Shown: one piece after another, positions 48,064 to 59,900 of the stretch
Layout of the letters: each line of letters starts with the position of its first letter
Position numbering within the stretch: the stretch's first letter is position 1
From: Heterodontus francisci
Taxonomy: Eukaryota
Assembly: GCF_036365525.1 (NCBI RefSeq)
Contig: NC_090409.1
Span: forward strand, 39,256,437 to 39,320,436
DNA length: 64,000 nucleotides
Direction: 5' to 3'
Notes under the pieces: generated by a model
The model's input: the letters and a program-made list of their open reading frames with translations, nothing else
Database searches by the model: none
Told to the model about the DNA's origin: nothing
Program-made: the position numbers and the translations under genes

Positions 48064-51000
48064 CAATAAAAGTGACCATGAAGCTGTTGGATTGTTGTAA
48101 AACCCAACTAGTTCACTAATGTCCCTCGAGGGAAGGAAAGCTGCCGTCCTTACCCGGTCTGGTCTTTATGTGACTCCAGTCCCACATTAACCTGGGCGAC
48201 TTTTAACTGCCCTCTTACCTGCTCGGCCACTTCAATCAGTTTGTATCAAACCACGAGAAAGAAAAAGAATAAAACCTACCTGAAATGTTTCAAACCACCT
48301 CTTGTATTGAAGGGGTTCAGTCAGATCAACCCAGAGTCTGGTTCCTGTATTAAAGGGATTCGGTCAGATCAACCCAGAGTCTGGTTCCTGTATTAAAGTG
48401 GTTCAGTCAGATCAACCCAGAGTCTGGTTCCTGTATTAAAGGGGTTCAGCCAGTAGATGGCCCCACTGTCCAGTTCAACCGGCCAATAGAAACTGAGCAA
48501 CAGCGCCAAGAGGGCGGCATTCCAGAGACACCTTGAAGCAACTTTGAAAACAAGCCTTGCATTTAAATAGCACCTTCCAGCATCTCAGGCGTTCCCAAAG
48601 TGCTTCATAGCCGATGAAGTACTGCCTATTTTTGAAGCAGTCACTGTTGTAATGTAGAAAACGTGGCAGCCAAATTTGTGGACAGCAAGATCCCACAAAC
48701 ATCAATGTGATACTGACCAGGTCATCTGGAATACTGTGGGGGAGCGGGAGCACAGGGGCAGTATCAAGGGAGTGCTGTGTTGTCGGAAGGGCAGTACTGA
48801 GGGAGTACTACACGATTGGAGGCACAGTGCGAAGGGAGTGCCACACTGTCAGAGGTGCTGTCATTTGGATGAGTCATTAAACTGAGGGCTCCATCTGCCC
48901 ACTCAAATGGATGTAAAAGAGTTCTCCGCAGATGCTGCCAGGACTGCTGAGTGTTTCCAGCACTTTTTGGTTTTATTATTATTTATCTCATTGATATTTG
49001 TGGGATCTTGCTCTGTGTAAATTGTCAAGAAAGATGCTGTATAAATGCAGGTCTTTCTTTAATGTAGGAACAGTCTTGAAGTAATAGAAAAAACTGAAAA
49101 ACTGGAATTTCCCTTTCGGAGATACATTGAACTGTTGGTTGGGGCTCTCTCCTCGTGTTGCTCTGATTTGGAACATGTTTGACTGTCCGTGTGGCCTCAA
49201 GACACACGACTTTTAATGGAATCCATACTTCAGGATAAACTAGATCTTCCTCATTGTTGTGAGTGAGTTTACTTCAGTACCCAGGACACATTGATCACTC
49301 CATTTAGTTGCTGTTGTCCTTGTTTCAGTATCTGAGACACATTGAATGTCCTCATGGCTGTGGCTTTCTCACCTCGATTATAATCCCCAATTATTTGATA
49401 AAACTGAATGACTTGCTCGGCCTTTTCAGAGGGCAGTTAAGAGTTAACCACATTGCTGTGGGTCTGGAGTTACTTGTAGACCAGACCAGGTAAGGACGGC
49501 AGATTTTCCTTCCCTAACTAATCATTTACCTGTTTATCTAATGACTGCCTCTGGACTTCAGCTCTCTGGTCTCACTGTCTCCTGCTCCCACTCTCGGATC
49601 ACTCCTTGTCTTGTGAAAGACCAGAACAGCACCTCTTCCCTCCCTGCGCCGAATTCCCTCACTCACCAAATTGTCCGAGTGAAGTACTCTGTTGCAGCAG
49701 TACGCCATCGTGCTGGCCTCCATGCTGCTCACTTGGTGTGTAAGTAAAAACCAATTCCAAAGACCTGAATCAGGCCCTGCTGACTGGGTAAGCAGTTCTA
49801 ACTCGTCACCTCATTAACTAACCGTGTAGCGACATGAGGGGAGGGCGGATCTTTTTTGGGCAGCGAGTGTTTGGGATGTGGAATGCGCTGCCTGAGAGTG
49901 TGGTGGAGGCACATTCAATGGTGGCTTTCAAAAGGGAATTGGATAATGATGTGGAGTAAAGTTGTGCCAGGGCTAGGGGAGGTAAAGGCGGGGGGCAGTG
50001 GGACTAGCTGAGTTGCTCTGACAGAGAGCCAGCACAGACAGGATGGGCCGAATGGCCTCCTCCTCTGCTCTCACCATTCTCTCATTCCATTCACTTCAAC
50101 CCCTTCTCCCTCCAAGGGCTTCTCCTGGCGCCAGTGTGTCAGGCTCACACTGCCGAGTGTGTGTGTGTAAGCTTCACACTACTGCTCCTGTGTGTCTGCA
50201 TAGATTGCAGATAGAATTCACACAGTCTCTGCATTAGAAATAGAAAAGCTCAGCAATCTCACACAATATCAGCTGAGTCCACATTGCCTCACAGCTGATT
50301 CTTATTTCTAATCTTTACAGTGGCGAGTGTCTGACATTAAACTGAAATATCCCACAGCCTCTCTTCATATCTATCTCTTCAATTCAATCATTATGGATCT
50401 GACTGCTGTCATATATAATGTTTTATACACTTCCTACATTTCCTGTTCCTGATCTCTGTCTCTCCTGTTGAAATCTTGGCGCCTCTCTCGGGGAAGGAGC
50501 TCGGCTGTGATGCCTCCCACAGTCAAATAGCCTGTCTACATCCAGTGTGACACCAGAAAGCGCCTGGAGACTGCAGAACCGTCTGGAACGAAGGTCTTGG
50601 CCATAAACGAGTTTGTTTTGGTGTGTAATGTTTATTGGACAATATATTTAAAATTTGTACAACAAAGGGATTTGGGGGAAGTGGTTCCTGAAGATCAGGT
50701 GTTGAGGAACAAGTCTGGATCCCTGATAATGAGTTACTCTGTCAACCTCCTGATTGATCTAATGCTGGGTCAGAGGGGTTTGATCTGGTTAGGCCCCATC
50801 TGGAGTCACTGTGTTCAGTCTGGGCACCGCCCCTCAGGATGGATATATTGCCCGTGGAGAAGGTGCAGCGCAGATTCAGCAGAATGATACTGAGTGGAAA
50901 GGGTTAAATTACAAGGACAGGTTGCACAGATGAGGCTTGTATTCCCTTTTCTATCAAAAATTAAAAGGTGATCTAATCGCTGTGTTTAAGGTAATTAAAG

Positions 51001-53752
51001 GATTTGACAGGATAAATAGGAGAGCCAACACAGATTAGATGGGCTGAACAGCCTCATTCTGAGCTGTAACTATTGTTTAATTGAGTTCTCTCCCCCTACA
51101 TGCCCCATCCAGGTCAATATCCCTGAACCAACATCACTTTAAATAAAACTGATGATCTGAATCATTATCACTTTGCTGTCCATGGGATCTTGCTGTGCAC
51201 AAGGTAGCTGTTGCATTTCCTACATTACAACAGTAACTACATTTGAAAAAGTACTTCCCTGACTGTGAAACACTTTGGGAATGTCCTGAGGTGGTGAAAG
51301 ACGCTGTATAAATGTAAACTCTTTCTTTTATAGAGAGTTTCAGAAATGCTCACACTATCAAAGCTCGACAGTCCTGTCACATCCAGTCTTGAACAGTGGG
51401 GAACAATTAAACAACAGGAGGAGGAGGCTCCATGAACATCCCCATCCTCAGTGATGGGGGAGCCCAGCACCAGTGAAAAAGACCAGGCTGAAGTGATCAC
51501 AACCATCTTCAGCTGGAAGTGCCGACTGGATGATCCATCCCGGCCTCTTCCTGAGATCCCACAATCACAGATACCGTCATCAGACAATTCAATTCACTCC
51601 AGTTAGGATCAAGAGACTTCCTGCCTGTACACAGCAGCATCTCTGTTCAGGCAGTGACGGACAGAGTCATTAAACATAACAAGACTGTACATTCACTAAT
51701 ATTAACACTGACTTCTCTTTAATCAGAGATTAAATCAAAAACTACATATAGAAAAGTAACATTAATTATACAGAATAGAGGTACAGATATAGACAAAATC
51801 TATAGGACTCAGTTTCAATTGTAGAAAACATGTATAAAATATTTACAGTATAAATTACACATAAAAACAGTGACAATGAGGAACTGGACTGCAGAGAGGG
51901 AGATCGGAGTCCAAGATATACAAATCATTAAAAGCTGGTGAACAGGCACAGATCCTTGAATTAATAAACATTGCTCGAGTGCAAAAGTGAGGACTTTCTG
52001 GTAAACCTTCATAAATTCACCAGTTTCAGCCTCAGCTGGAGTATTGAGTCTGGGGATCACACTTTAGGGAGGATGTCAAGGCTTTGGAGAGGAGATTTAC
52101 TAGAATGGTTCCAGGGTGAGAGACTTCAGTAACAGAAACCACAGAAGGAGCCCATTCAGCCCATCGTGTCAGCACAGCCGAAAAAAACTGGCCGCCCAAT
52201 ATAATATGTGGAGAGACTGGAGAAGCCACAGGCAGTTTCAATCTGTAAAATATCTAGAAGATGGAATCTGTATATAAACAGTTACTGGCAATAATGTCGC
52301 TGCTGGTTTTGCCCAGTGGATGCTGCTGCACAGAGAGTTTCTGAAGCCTCTTCCCATGTTCACCACTGTGGGAGAACCATCGCTACAAGGACTGCAGTGG
52401 TTCAAGTAGAGATGGACAATAAATGGGGCCCTGCCAGTATCACCCACACTGAGAACAGGTTAATAAATGCATCAGAAACTACCTGATGTTCCCACTGTTT
52501 GGACCGAGGCGGGAGGAGTGCACTGTTAATTCAGTCCCGCTTCTCCACAGATCACAACATATTCTTTAAGTTTTCCATTTGTTGAAACAATTCCCCAGAA
52601 TAAAACACACTAACCAGGTTTCTTTACCAAACAAAATTAACAGATTATAAAACAATTCTTAACTAGTAATACAGTAAAACAATATCACAGATCAAATTTT
52701 TAAATATCCAATATTAGATTTTAAAATGTCCCCTTTACCTTAGTTCCTTCACACTCACACATTCCTATACATAAATCAGTTAACCGGAAAAAGAAAAAGA
52801 ATTTAGATTAGAGCTCTGTTACAGACAAAAACACAAATAGATCACGTGTCCACCCCAAAAAGAATAGCAGATGAGACTCACTGCACCAAAGAAGCACACA
52901 GTCCAACGTCTGAGCAACTGTTACAGAATCTTCCAGAATTAGTTCTCTTCAGGCAGTGTTGAAAAGCAATTTAGCTGGCCTTGTTAAAATGCAGGAACAT
53001 GACAAATTAACATGCTGAACTTCAGAGTCTTTGAGGGAATTGAGAGTAAAAGCACTGGGTTGTAGTCCTCTGTTCTTCCTTGGAATTCTTTCCTGATTCT
53101 GTCCTTCTTTGACACTTTAGTAGCACTTGACTTTTGTCTCCCTCCAGAAGGTACCACACACATGCACTGACTGACAACCAAACAGCTTGGCAGTTCGCTG
53201 CCCACCCAGATGTTCTCTGTTGTTACTGGGCTTGTCAATTTCTGCCCTTTGCCATGGCTTCTGTTCAAATCAGAGCCCAACCAGGTGACAAACTGTTGCC
53301 AATTGGCCCTCAGTGTCTTCTTGATTGAAAAACATTTAGCTTAATTATAAATTCCTTTATTTTATTAAATAATTTTTTAAAAGTCACTTTCATAAAACCA
53401 CTCGCTCATAAAGAGGATATTTTGGAAGTTACCATCTCACACAGGGAGTGATCAATGGGTTACACAGCTGAAGTTGGTCCTGTGTGTTCCTGAGACTGGG
53501 TTTGGACACAGTGTGTATCAGTAATACTGGGATATAATGTAATATCAATCAGACAGGTTTTCTAGTAAAGGGACAACACTTTCACTGGGTGATTATCTCA
53601 AGACTCTGCTGGTCAGAGGGGTTTGTACAGAGTGGGAAGTGATTGTTGATCCCAATCCTGAGCTCAGACTTTCCACCAGGATTCACTGGATAACCACAAT
53701 ACTGGGCTGATTTTCCCCTCCCTGACCCAGGCTCAGTGCAGTGTAAAGTCAG

Positions 53753-53927
53753 TTAGTGCTGGACAGCCCCGTTCCCCAGAAGGTTTTGTTCTCCAGCTGC
53801 TCCATTCTGATGCTCAGGTGCTGTTGTGAAACATGGGACCTTGTGACCTGAACAAGTCACCCCTGTCAAAGGGACGACATTAGATGCTTCATTTTGATTG
53901 ATGCTGTGATGATTTTGAACACAATTC
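53753..53927 (-). CDS. Copy C cytoplasmic tail exon
   Basis: (W)[57 protein letters not shown]. Confidence 0.72.
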
Positions 53928-56900
53928 CTGGGAGAGAAAAACAGCAGAGTTCAGGTTACATTAAAAGAATCCAACACTTTGTACAAGTGTGTAAAGGAGC
54001 TGTTCAGGAGCACAGACCGATTAAATTACACTCAACATCCTGGGCACCAATGGCAGCTGGAAAATGGGTCACAGGAGCTGCACGGTGATGGAGCACAGAG
54101 TGTAGAGGAGAGGAGGCTTATAGAGGAGGCAATGGGCAAGAGCTGGACACTCCATGGGACCTGTGCTGACCGAGGCACCAGACCAATAGAAAAATGACAA
54201 CTCACCTCAACATTGGAGATTAAGAAGAATTGATGAAGATCTCGGTTAACACTGAACTGAAGATGATGGGGATCAGATCAGACAGGAGGAGGCTGGTAAT
54301 GTCCGTACTCTCCAGTCTGATCCTGTATTATTGAAAGGAGCCACAGATGGACAGGATATTCCCGGATGTGATCAAACCCGACCCAGCAGTGACCAAACAG
54401 GCTGACGGAGACAGAAATATTGGGATGGGGGAAAAGAGTCAGAGGACAGAGTTAGAGAATCTGCAATAGTTTCCCCCCCACAACTGGCAGATAGGTAAGA
54501 GATGGGCAGGGAGATGTGGATGTTGAGGGAGGCAGAGAAATGCAACATATTTTATTGTTAGTGATCAAAACCACTGATGGTCAGGTCAAGGGATGAGAGT
54601 GGACACAGGGTATATCACAGAAGCGGAGGTAGGTGGTATTGGAGTGATGGGAGAGAATATGGAGTCAGAAGCTCAGCTCAGGGTCTGATAGGACTCCGAG
54701 GTTGTGAACAGTCTGGTTCAGCCTCAGACAGTGGCCAGGGAGGGGGATGGAGTCAGTGACTGGGGAACAGAGCAAGGATCAGAGGCTGATGAAAAGTCAG
54801 AGGAGAGGGGACAAGGGGATTTTAGGTGTAGGCTGGTGAGTTGTTTGCTGCAGAGATTAGACGAGTGTCTATTAACTGTGTGATAGAGGGAGCCGCACAT
54901 TCCTGCTCTTCACCTTCAGTTCAGCAGCTAGAGGATGACAACAAGCTGGAAGTGACTGGATAATGCAGAATTGAAACATCCCACACAGCACAAAGTGTAT
55001 CAGTGCACACAACATTTCCACAACACCAAATATAATAAAACAAAACTAGAATTAACAATGGGAACTGCAGAACATTCCAGAACTCACCATCTTTGTCGCT
55101 TTAGGAAAACCAGAATTATGCAAAGAAGAACAAGAATTATGCAAATAAGAACAAGAATTGCGATGACCAATCCAACTACTGCTCCAGTAGAGGGTCCAGG
55201 AGCTAAAGACAGAATGAAGCCGTTAACAGACTGGGACACACTAACAAAACTAACAGCAGAGACTGTCAGCACCTAGTGTTTCAGAACCATCCCCAGTACA
55301 AACACATCCCTGGTCAATTCTAGTCCTGGAGGAATGCGGGAGACTAAATATTAATAATCTCACACACACACACACTGCCCCACAGTCTGATAGATACATG
55401 CTTTCCAATGGAGATAACTGGACACTGACCAGCAGCAGCTTCCCTTCAATTAAACCCAACAGCTCGCTGAAATAGAGCAGGAATTTTAAACTCGTGAAAA
55501 TCACAGGATTGGATGGATGCTGGTTTACATCCAGCTCCTGGAGTTCCCGGAAAGATGGGAAAAGATTTGGAAGGTGACAACACATTAAAGGATTTGGGAG
55601 GGGAAAGGGAGGTAGGAGATGGGACAGTAGTTTCCGAAGGTTAAGGGTTATTTTTTTGAGGATAGCGATGATCTCGCCAGATTTACAGGAGAGGCAGATA
55701 ACACCTGGAGACAAGCATTTACAATATCGACTAACATTACAACCAAGAGGGAAAGGTGGGTGTTCGGTAGTTTAGCAGGAACAGGATCAAGGGAACAGGA
55801 GGTGGGTCTCATGGACATGATGAGCTCAAACAGGGAATGAGTGGAAATAGGAGAGAAACCAGAGAAAGATGGGAGTTCAGGGTTAGGGCAGGATTATAGG
55901 AAGTTTGGCCAGGTGTGCTAGTGGAAGGGAGGGACACGACAGAGGCAGCTTTTCGAATGGTCTCGAACTTAGTGACAGAACAGTCCATGAGCTCCTCGCA
56001 CGTATTGTTGGACTTATTACCCATTCAGTGTGAGCATATGTAAAATCTAAAAACACATGCAGTAGTTTAGAAACAGATTTACCTGGTACAGGTGTGTTCA
56101 ATACAGGTGTGTTCAGTACAGGTGTACGAGTTCGCTCTAAAGAAAACATCATGTGTTTAGCATTGTGTGTGACGGTAGACAGGCAATTGCTCACACCTGA
56201 AGATCTAATACATAGTTTACAACAAAAATGCATTTCTTTAATGTAAAAAATCCCAGCAAGGAAAGTGTTCCAACCGTGGCTAACAAAAGAAATCAAAGAT
56301 TGTATTAGAGCAAAGGAAGAGGCGTATAAAGTTGCCAAAAACATGTTAATCCTGAGGATTGGGAACATTTCAAAATTCTGCAAAGGAGGACCGGGAAAAA
56401 GATTAAGAAAGGGAAATAGAATAGGAGAGTAAATTAGCGAGAAACATAAAAACAGACTGTAAAAGCTTCTCCAGATCTGTAAAACAGAAAAGATTAGTAA
56501 AGACAAATGTGGGTCCATTACAAACAGACTTAGGAGAATTTATAATTGGGAACAAGGAAATGGCAGAGAAAATAAAACAAATACTTTGTGTCTGTCTTCA
56601 CAGAGGAAAATACTAAAAAGCTCCCAGAAATAATGGAGAATCAAGGGACTAGTGTCAACAAGGAACTGCAAGATACCAATATTAATAAACAAGTACAAGA
56701 GAAATTAGTGGGACTGAAAGTAGATAAATCCTCTGGACCTGATGATCTACATCCCAGCATGTTGAAAGAGGTGGCTGTAGAGATAGTTGATGCATTAGTG
56801 GTCATCTTTCAAAATTCTGTAGACTCTGGAATGGTTCCCGCAGACTGGAAGGTGGTAAATGTAACCCAACTGTTTAAGAAAGGAGGGAGAGAGAAAACAG

Positions 56901-59900
56901 GGAACTACAGACCTGTTAGCCTAGACATCAGTCATCGGGAAAATGCTAGAATCTACAATAAAGGATGTGATAACTGGACACTTCGAAAATAATGGTAGGA
57001 TTGGGCAGAGTCAACCTGGATTTATGAAAGGGAAATCATGTTTTATAAACCTGTTGGAGTTTTTTTTTTGAGATGTAACTAACAGAATAGAAAAGGGAGG
57101 GAAGAGGTGGATGTGCGATATCTGGATTTGAAGAAAACCTCTGATAAAGTCCCACACAAGAGGTTGGTAAACAAAATGAGAACACATGGGATTGGAGTGA
57201 ATCTACTGGCAGGGATTGAGAACTGGTTAACAGACAGAAAACAGAGAGTCGGAATAAATGGGTCATTTCCAGGTTGGCAGGTTGTTACAAGTGGGATACT
57301 ACAAGGAACAGTGCTTGGGCCCAGCTATTCACAATCTAGATCAATGATTTGGATGTGGAGATTAAATGTAATATTTCCAAGTTTGCACAAGACAAAAAAC
57401 TAGGTGGAAGTGAGAGTTGTGAGGAGGATGCAAAGAGGCTTCAAGGAGATATGGAGAGGTTAAGCAAGTGGGCAAAAGATTGGAGAAATGTGAGGTAATC
57501 CACTTTGGGAGGGAAAACAGAAATACAGAGTATTTCTTAAACAGTGAGAGGCTGGGAATGTTGAATTTCAAAAGGACTTGGGTGTCCTTGTTCATGAGTC
57601 ACTGAAAGCTAACATGCTGGTACAGCAAGCAATTAAAGCAGCTAATGGTATGTTGGTTTTTATTACAAGAGGATTTGAGTATAGGAGTAAAGACTGCATT
57701 AATATAGAGCCTTGGTGAGACTGCATCTGGAGTATTGTGTAGTTTTAGTCTCATTACCAAAGGAAAGATACACTTGCCACAAAGAGAGTGCAACGAAGGT
57801 TCACCAAACTAATTCCCGGGATGGAGGGATTGTCTGATGAGGAAAGATTAAATGGACTCGGCCTTTATTCTCTAGAGTTTAGAAGAATGAGAGGTGATCT
57901 CATTCAAACATACAAAATTCTTACAGGTCTCGACAGGGTAGATGTAGGAAGGATGTCTCCCCAGGCTGGGGGTGGGGGTCTAGAACCAGGGGACACAGTC
58001 TCAGAATAAGAGGTAAGCCATTTAGGACTGAGATGAGGAGGAATTTCTTCACTCAGAGGGTGGTGAATCTTCAGAATTCTCTGCCCCAGAGGGCAGTGGA
58101 GGCTCAATCATTGAGTATGTTCAAGACTGAGATCGACAGATTTCTACATATTAAAAATATCAAGGGTTACGGGGGTAGTGCAGGAAAATGGTGTTGAAGC
58201 AGAAGATCAGCCATGATCTCATTGAATGTCGGAACAGGCTCGAAGGGCTGAATGGCCTCCTCTTGCTCCTATTTCTTATGTAAACTGCAGAAATGTTCAA
58301 ATACTCTATCGGGCTGTAGTGAAACACATCCCGGGAGGAACGAGACTCGGGACAAACAGATCAGGAAGGATCAGGAACAGGGTCGGCAGAGTGAAAAATC
58401 CAACAGGATTGCATTCACTTTGAGGGGGAGAATGGAAGTTTTCCTGAGTTACCCCCAGCAGGATCATTCCCAGCAGACTACACCCACCTGTGGAGAGAAT
58501 TCCCACAGGATCCTGGGCCGACTGGGATACACTTTCAAGGTAAGTGCACTGGGTCTTGTAAAGGCTGCCTGAGAGGTGCTATGGACCCCACCTCCTTCAC
58601 CCCAACATCTGGAGACAGATGTAGCATGTTTTTGGAGAGTGAGAGCAGCTTAATAGCACCGTTAACTCCTTCCATCACCCAGTTTAGCAGCTCTGTCCTT
58701 CAGGGCTCAGCCAGCTCGGTCAGTGGTGGTATTACAGAGTGACCCTTGGTGATAGACAGTGAAGTCCCCACTCAGTACATTCTGTGTCCTTGTTACCCTC
58801 AGTGCTTCCTCCAAGTGGTGTTCAACGTGGAGGAGAACTGATTCATCAGCTGAGGGAGGGCAGGAGGTGATAATCAGCAGGAGGTCTCCAGGCCCATGTT
58901 TGACCTGAAGCTGTGAGATTTCATGGGGCTCAGAGTCAATGTTGAGGAGTCCTGGAGTCACTCCCTCCTGACTGTATACCACTGTGTCCCCACCACTGGT
59001 GGGTCTGTCCTGCCAGTGGGACAGGACATACCCAGGGATGGTGATCGAGGAGTCTGGGATGTCGGGTTGATTCTGTGACTATGACTGTCTCACAAATCTC
59101 TCCCAACATGGACACCAGTCTCCAGATGTCAGTGAGGGGGACTTTGCAGTGTCAAAAGGGCTGGGTTAGCCTTTGCTGTGTCCTGATTCGATATCTGGGT
59201 CACAGCCAGTGGTCCGTTCAGTTTTATTCTTGTTTTTCTTTCTGGTGGTTTGATACAAACTGATTGAAGTGACCGAGCAAATCAGAGGGCAGTTAAAAGT
59301 CAACCAGGTTAATGTGGGACTGGAGTCACATATAGACCAGACCAGGTAAGGATGGCAGGTTTCCTTCCCGAGAGGGACATTAGTGAACCAGTTGGGTTTT
59401 ACAACAATTCAACAGCTTCATGGTCACTTTTATTGGGACCAACTTTATATTTCCAGATTTATTTTAAACTGAATTTCAATTCTGAAAGTGGGATTCCATG
59501 GTGGGATTTGAACTCACATTCTCTGGATTATTTTTTTTAATTCATCCATGGGATGTGGGCGTCACTGGCCAGGCCAGGATTTATTGCCCATCCCTAATTG
59601 CCCTTGAGAAGGTGGTGGTGAGCTGCCTTCTTGAACCGCTGCAGTCCATGTGGGGTAGGTACACCCACAGTGCTGTTCGGAAGGGAGTTCTAGGATTTTG
59701 ACCCAGCGACAGTGAAGGAACGGCGATATAGTTCCAAGTCAGGATGGTGTGTGACTTGGAGGGGAACTTGCAGGTGGTGGTGTTCCCATGTATTTGCTGC
59801 CCTTGTCCTTCTAGTTGGTAGAGGTCACGGGTTTGGAAGGTGCTGTCTAAGGAGCCTTGGTGCATTGCTGCAGTGCATCTTGTAGATGGTACACACTGCT

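Larger units (their letters stand above)
48300..55500 (-). repeat. Inverted segmental duplicate of copy A and its downstream flank (about 1250-8200)
   Basis: Long runs of near-identical reverse complement, e.g. 48450-50545 vs 5875-8072 and 52340-54570 vs 3650-5875; about 3.5 units of the 43-bp repeat at 48303-48450. Confidence 0.95.
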
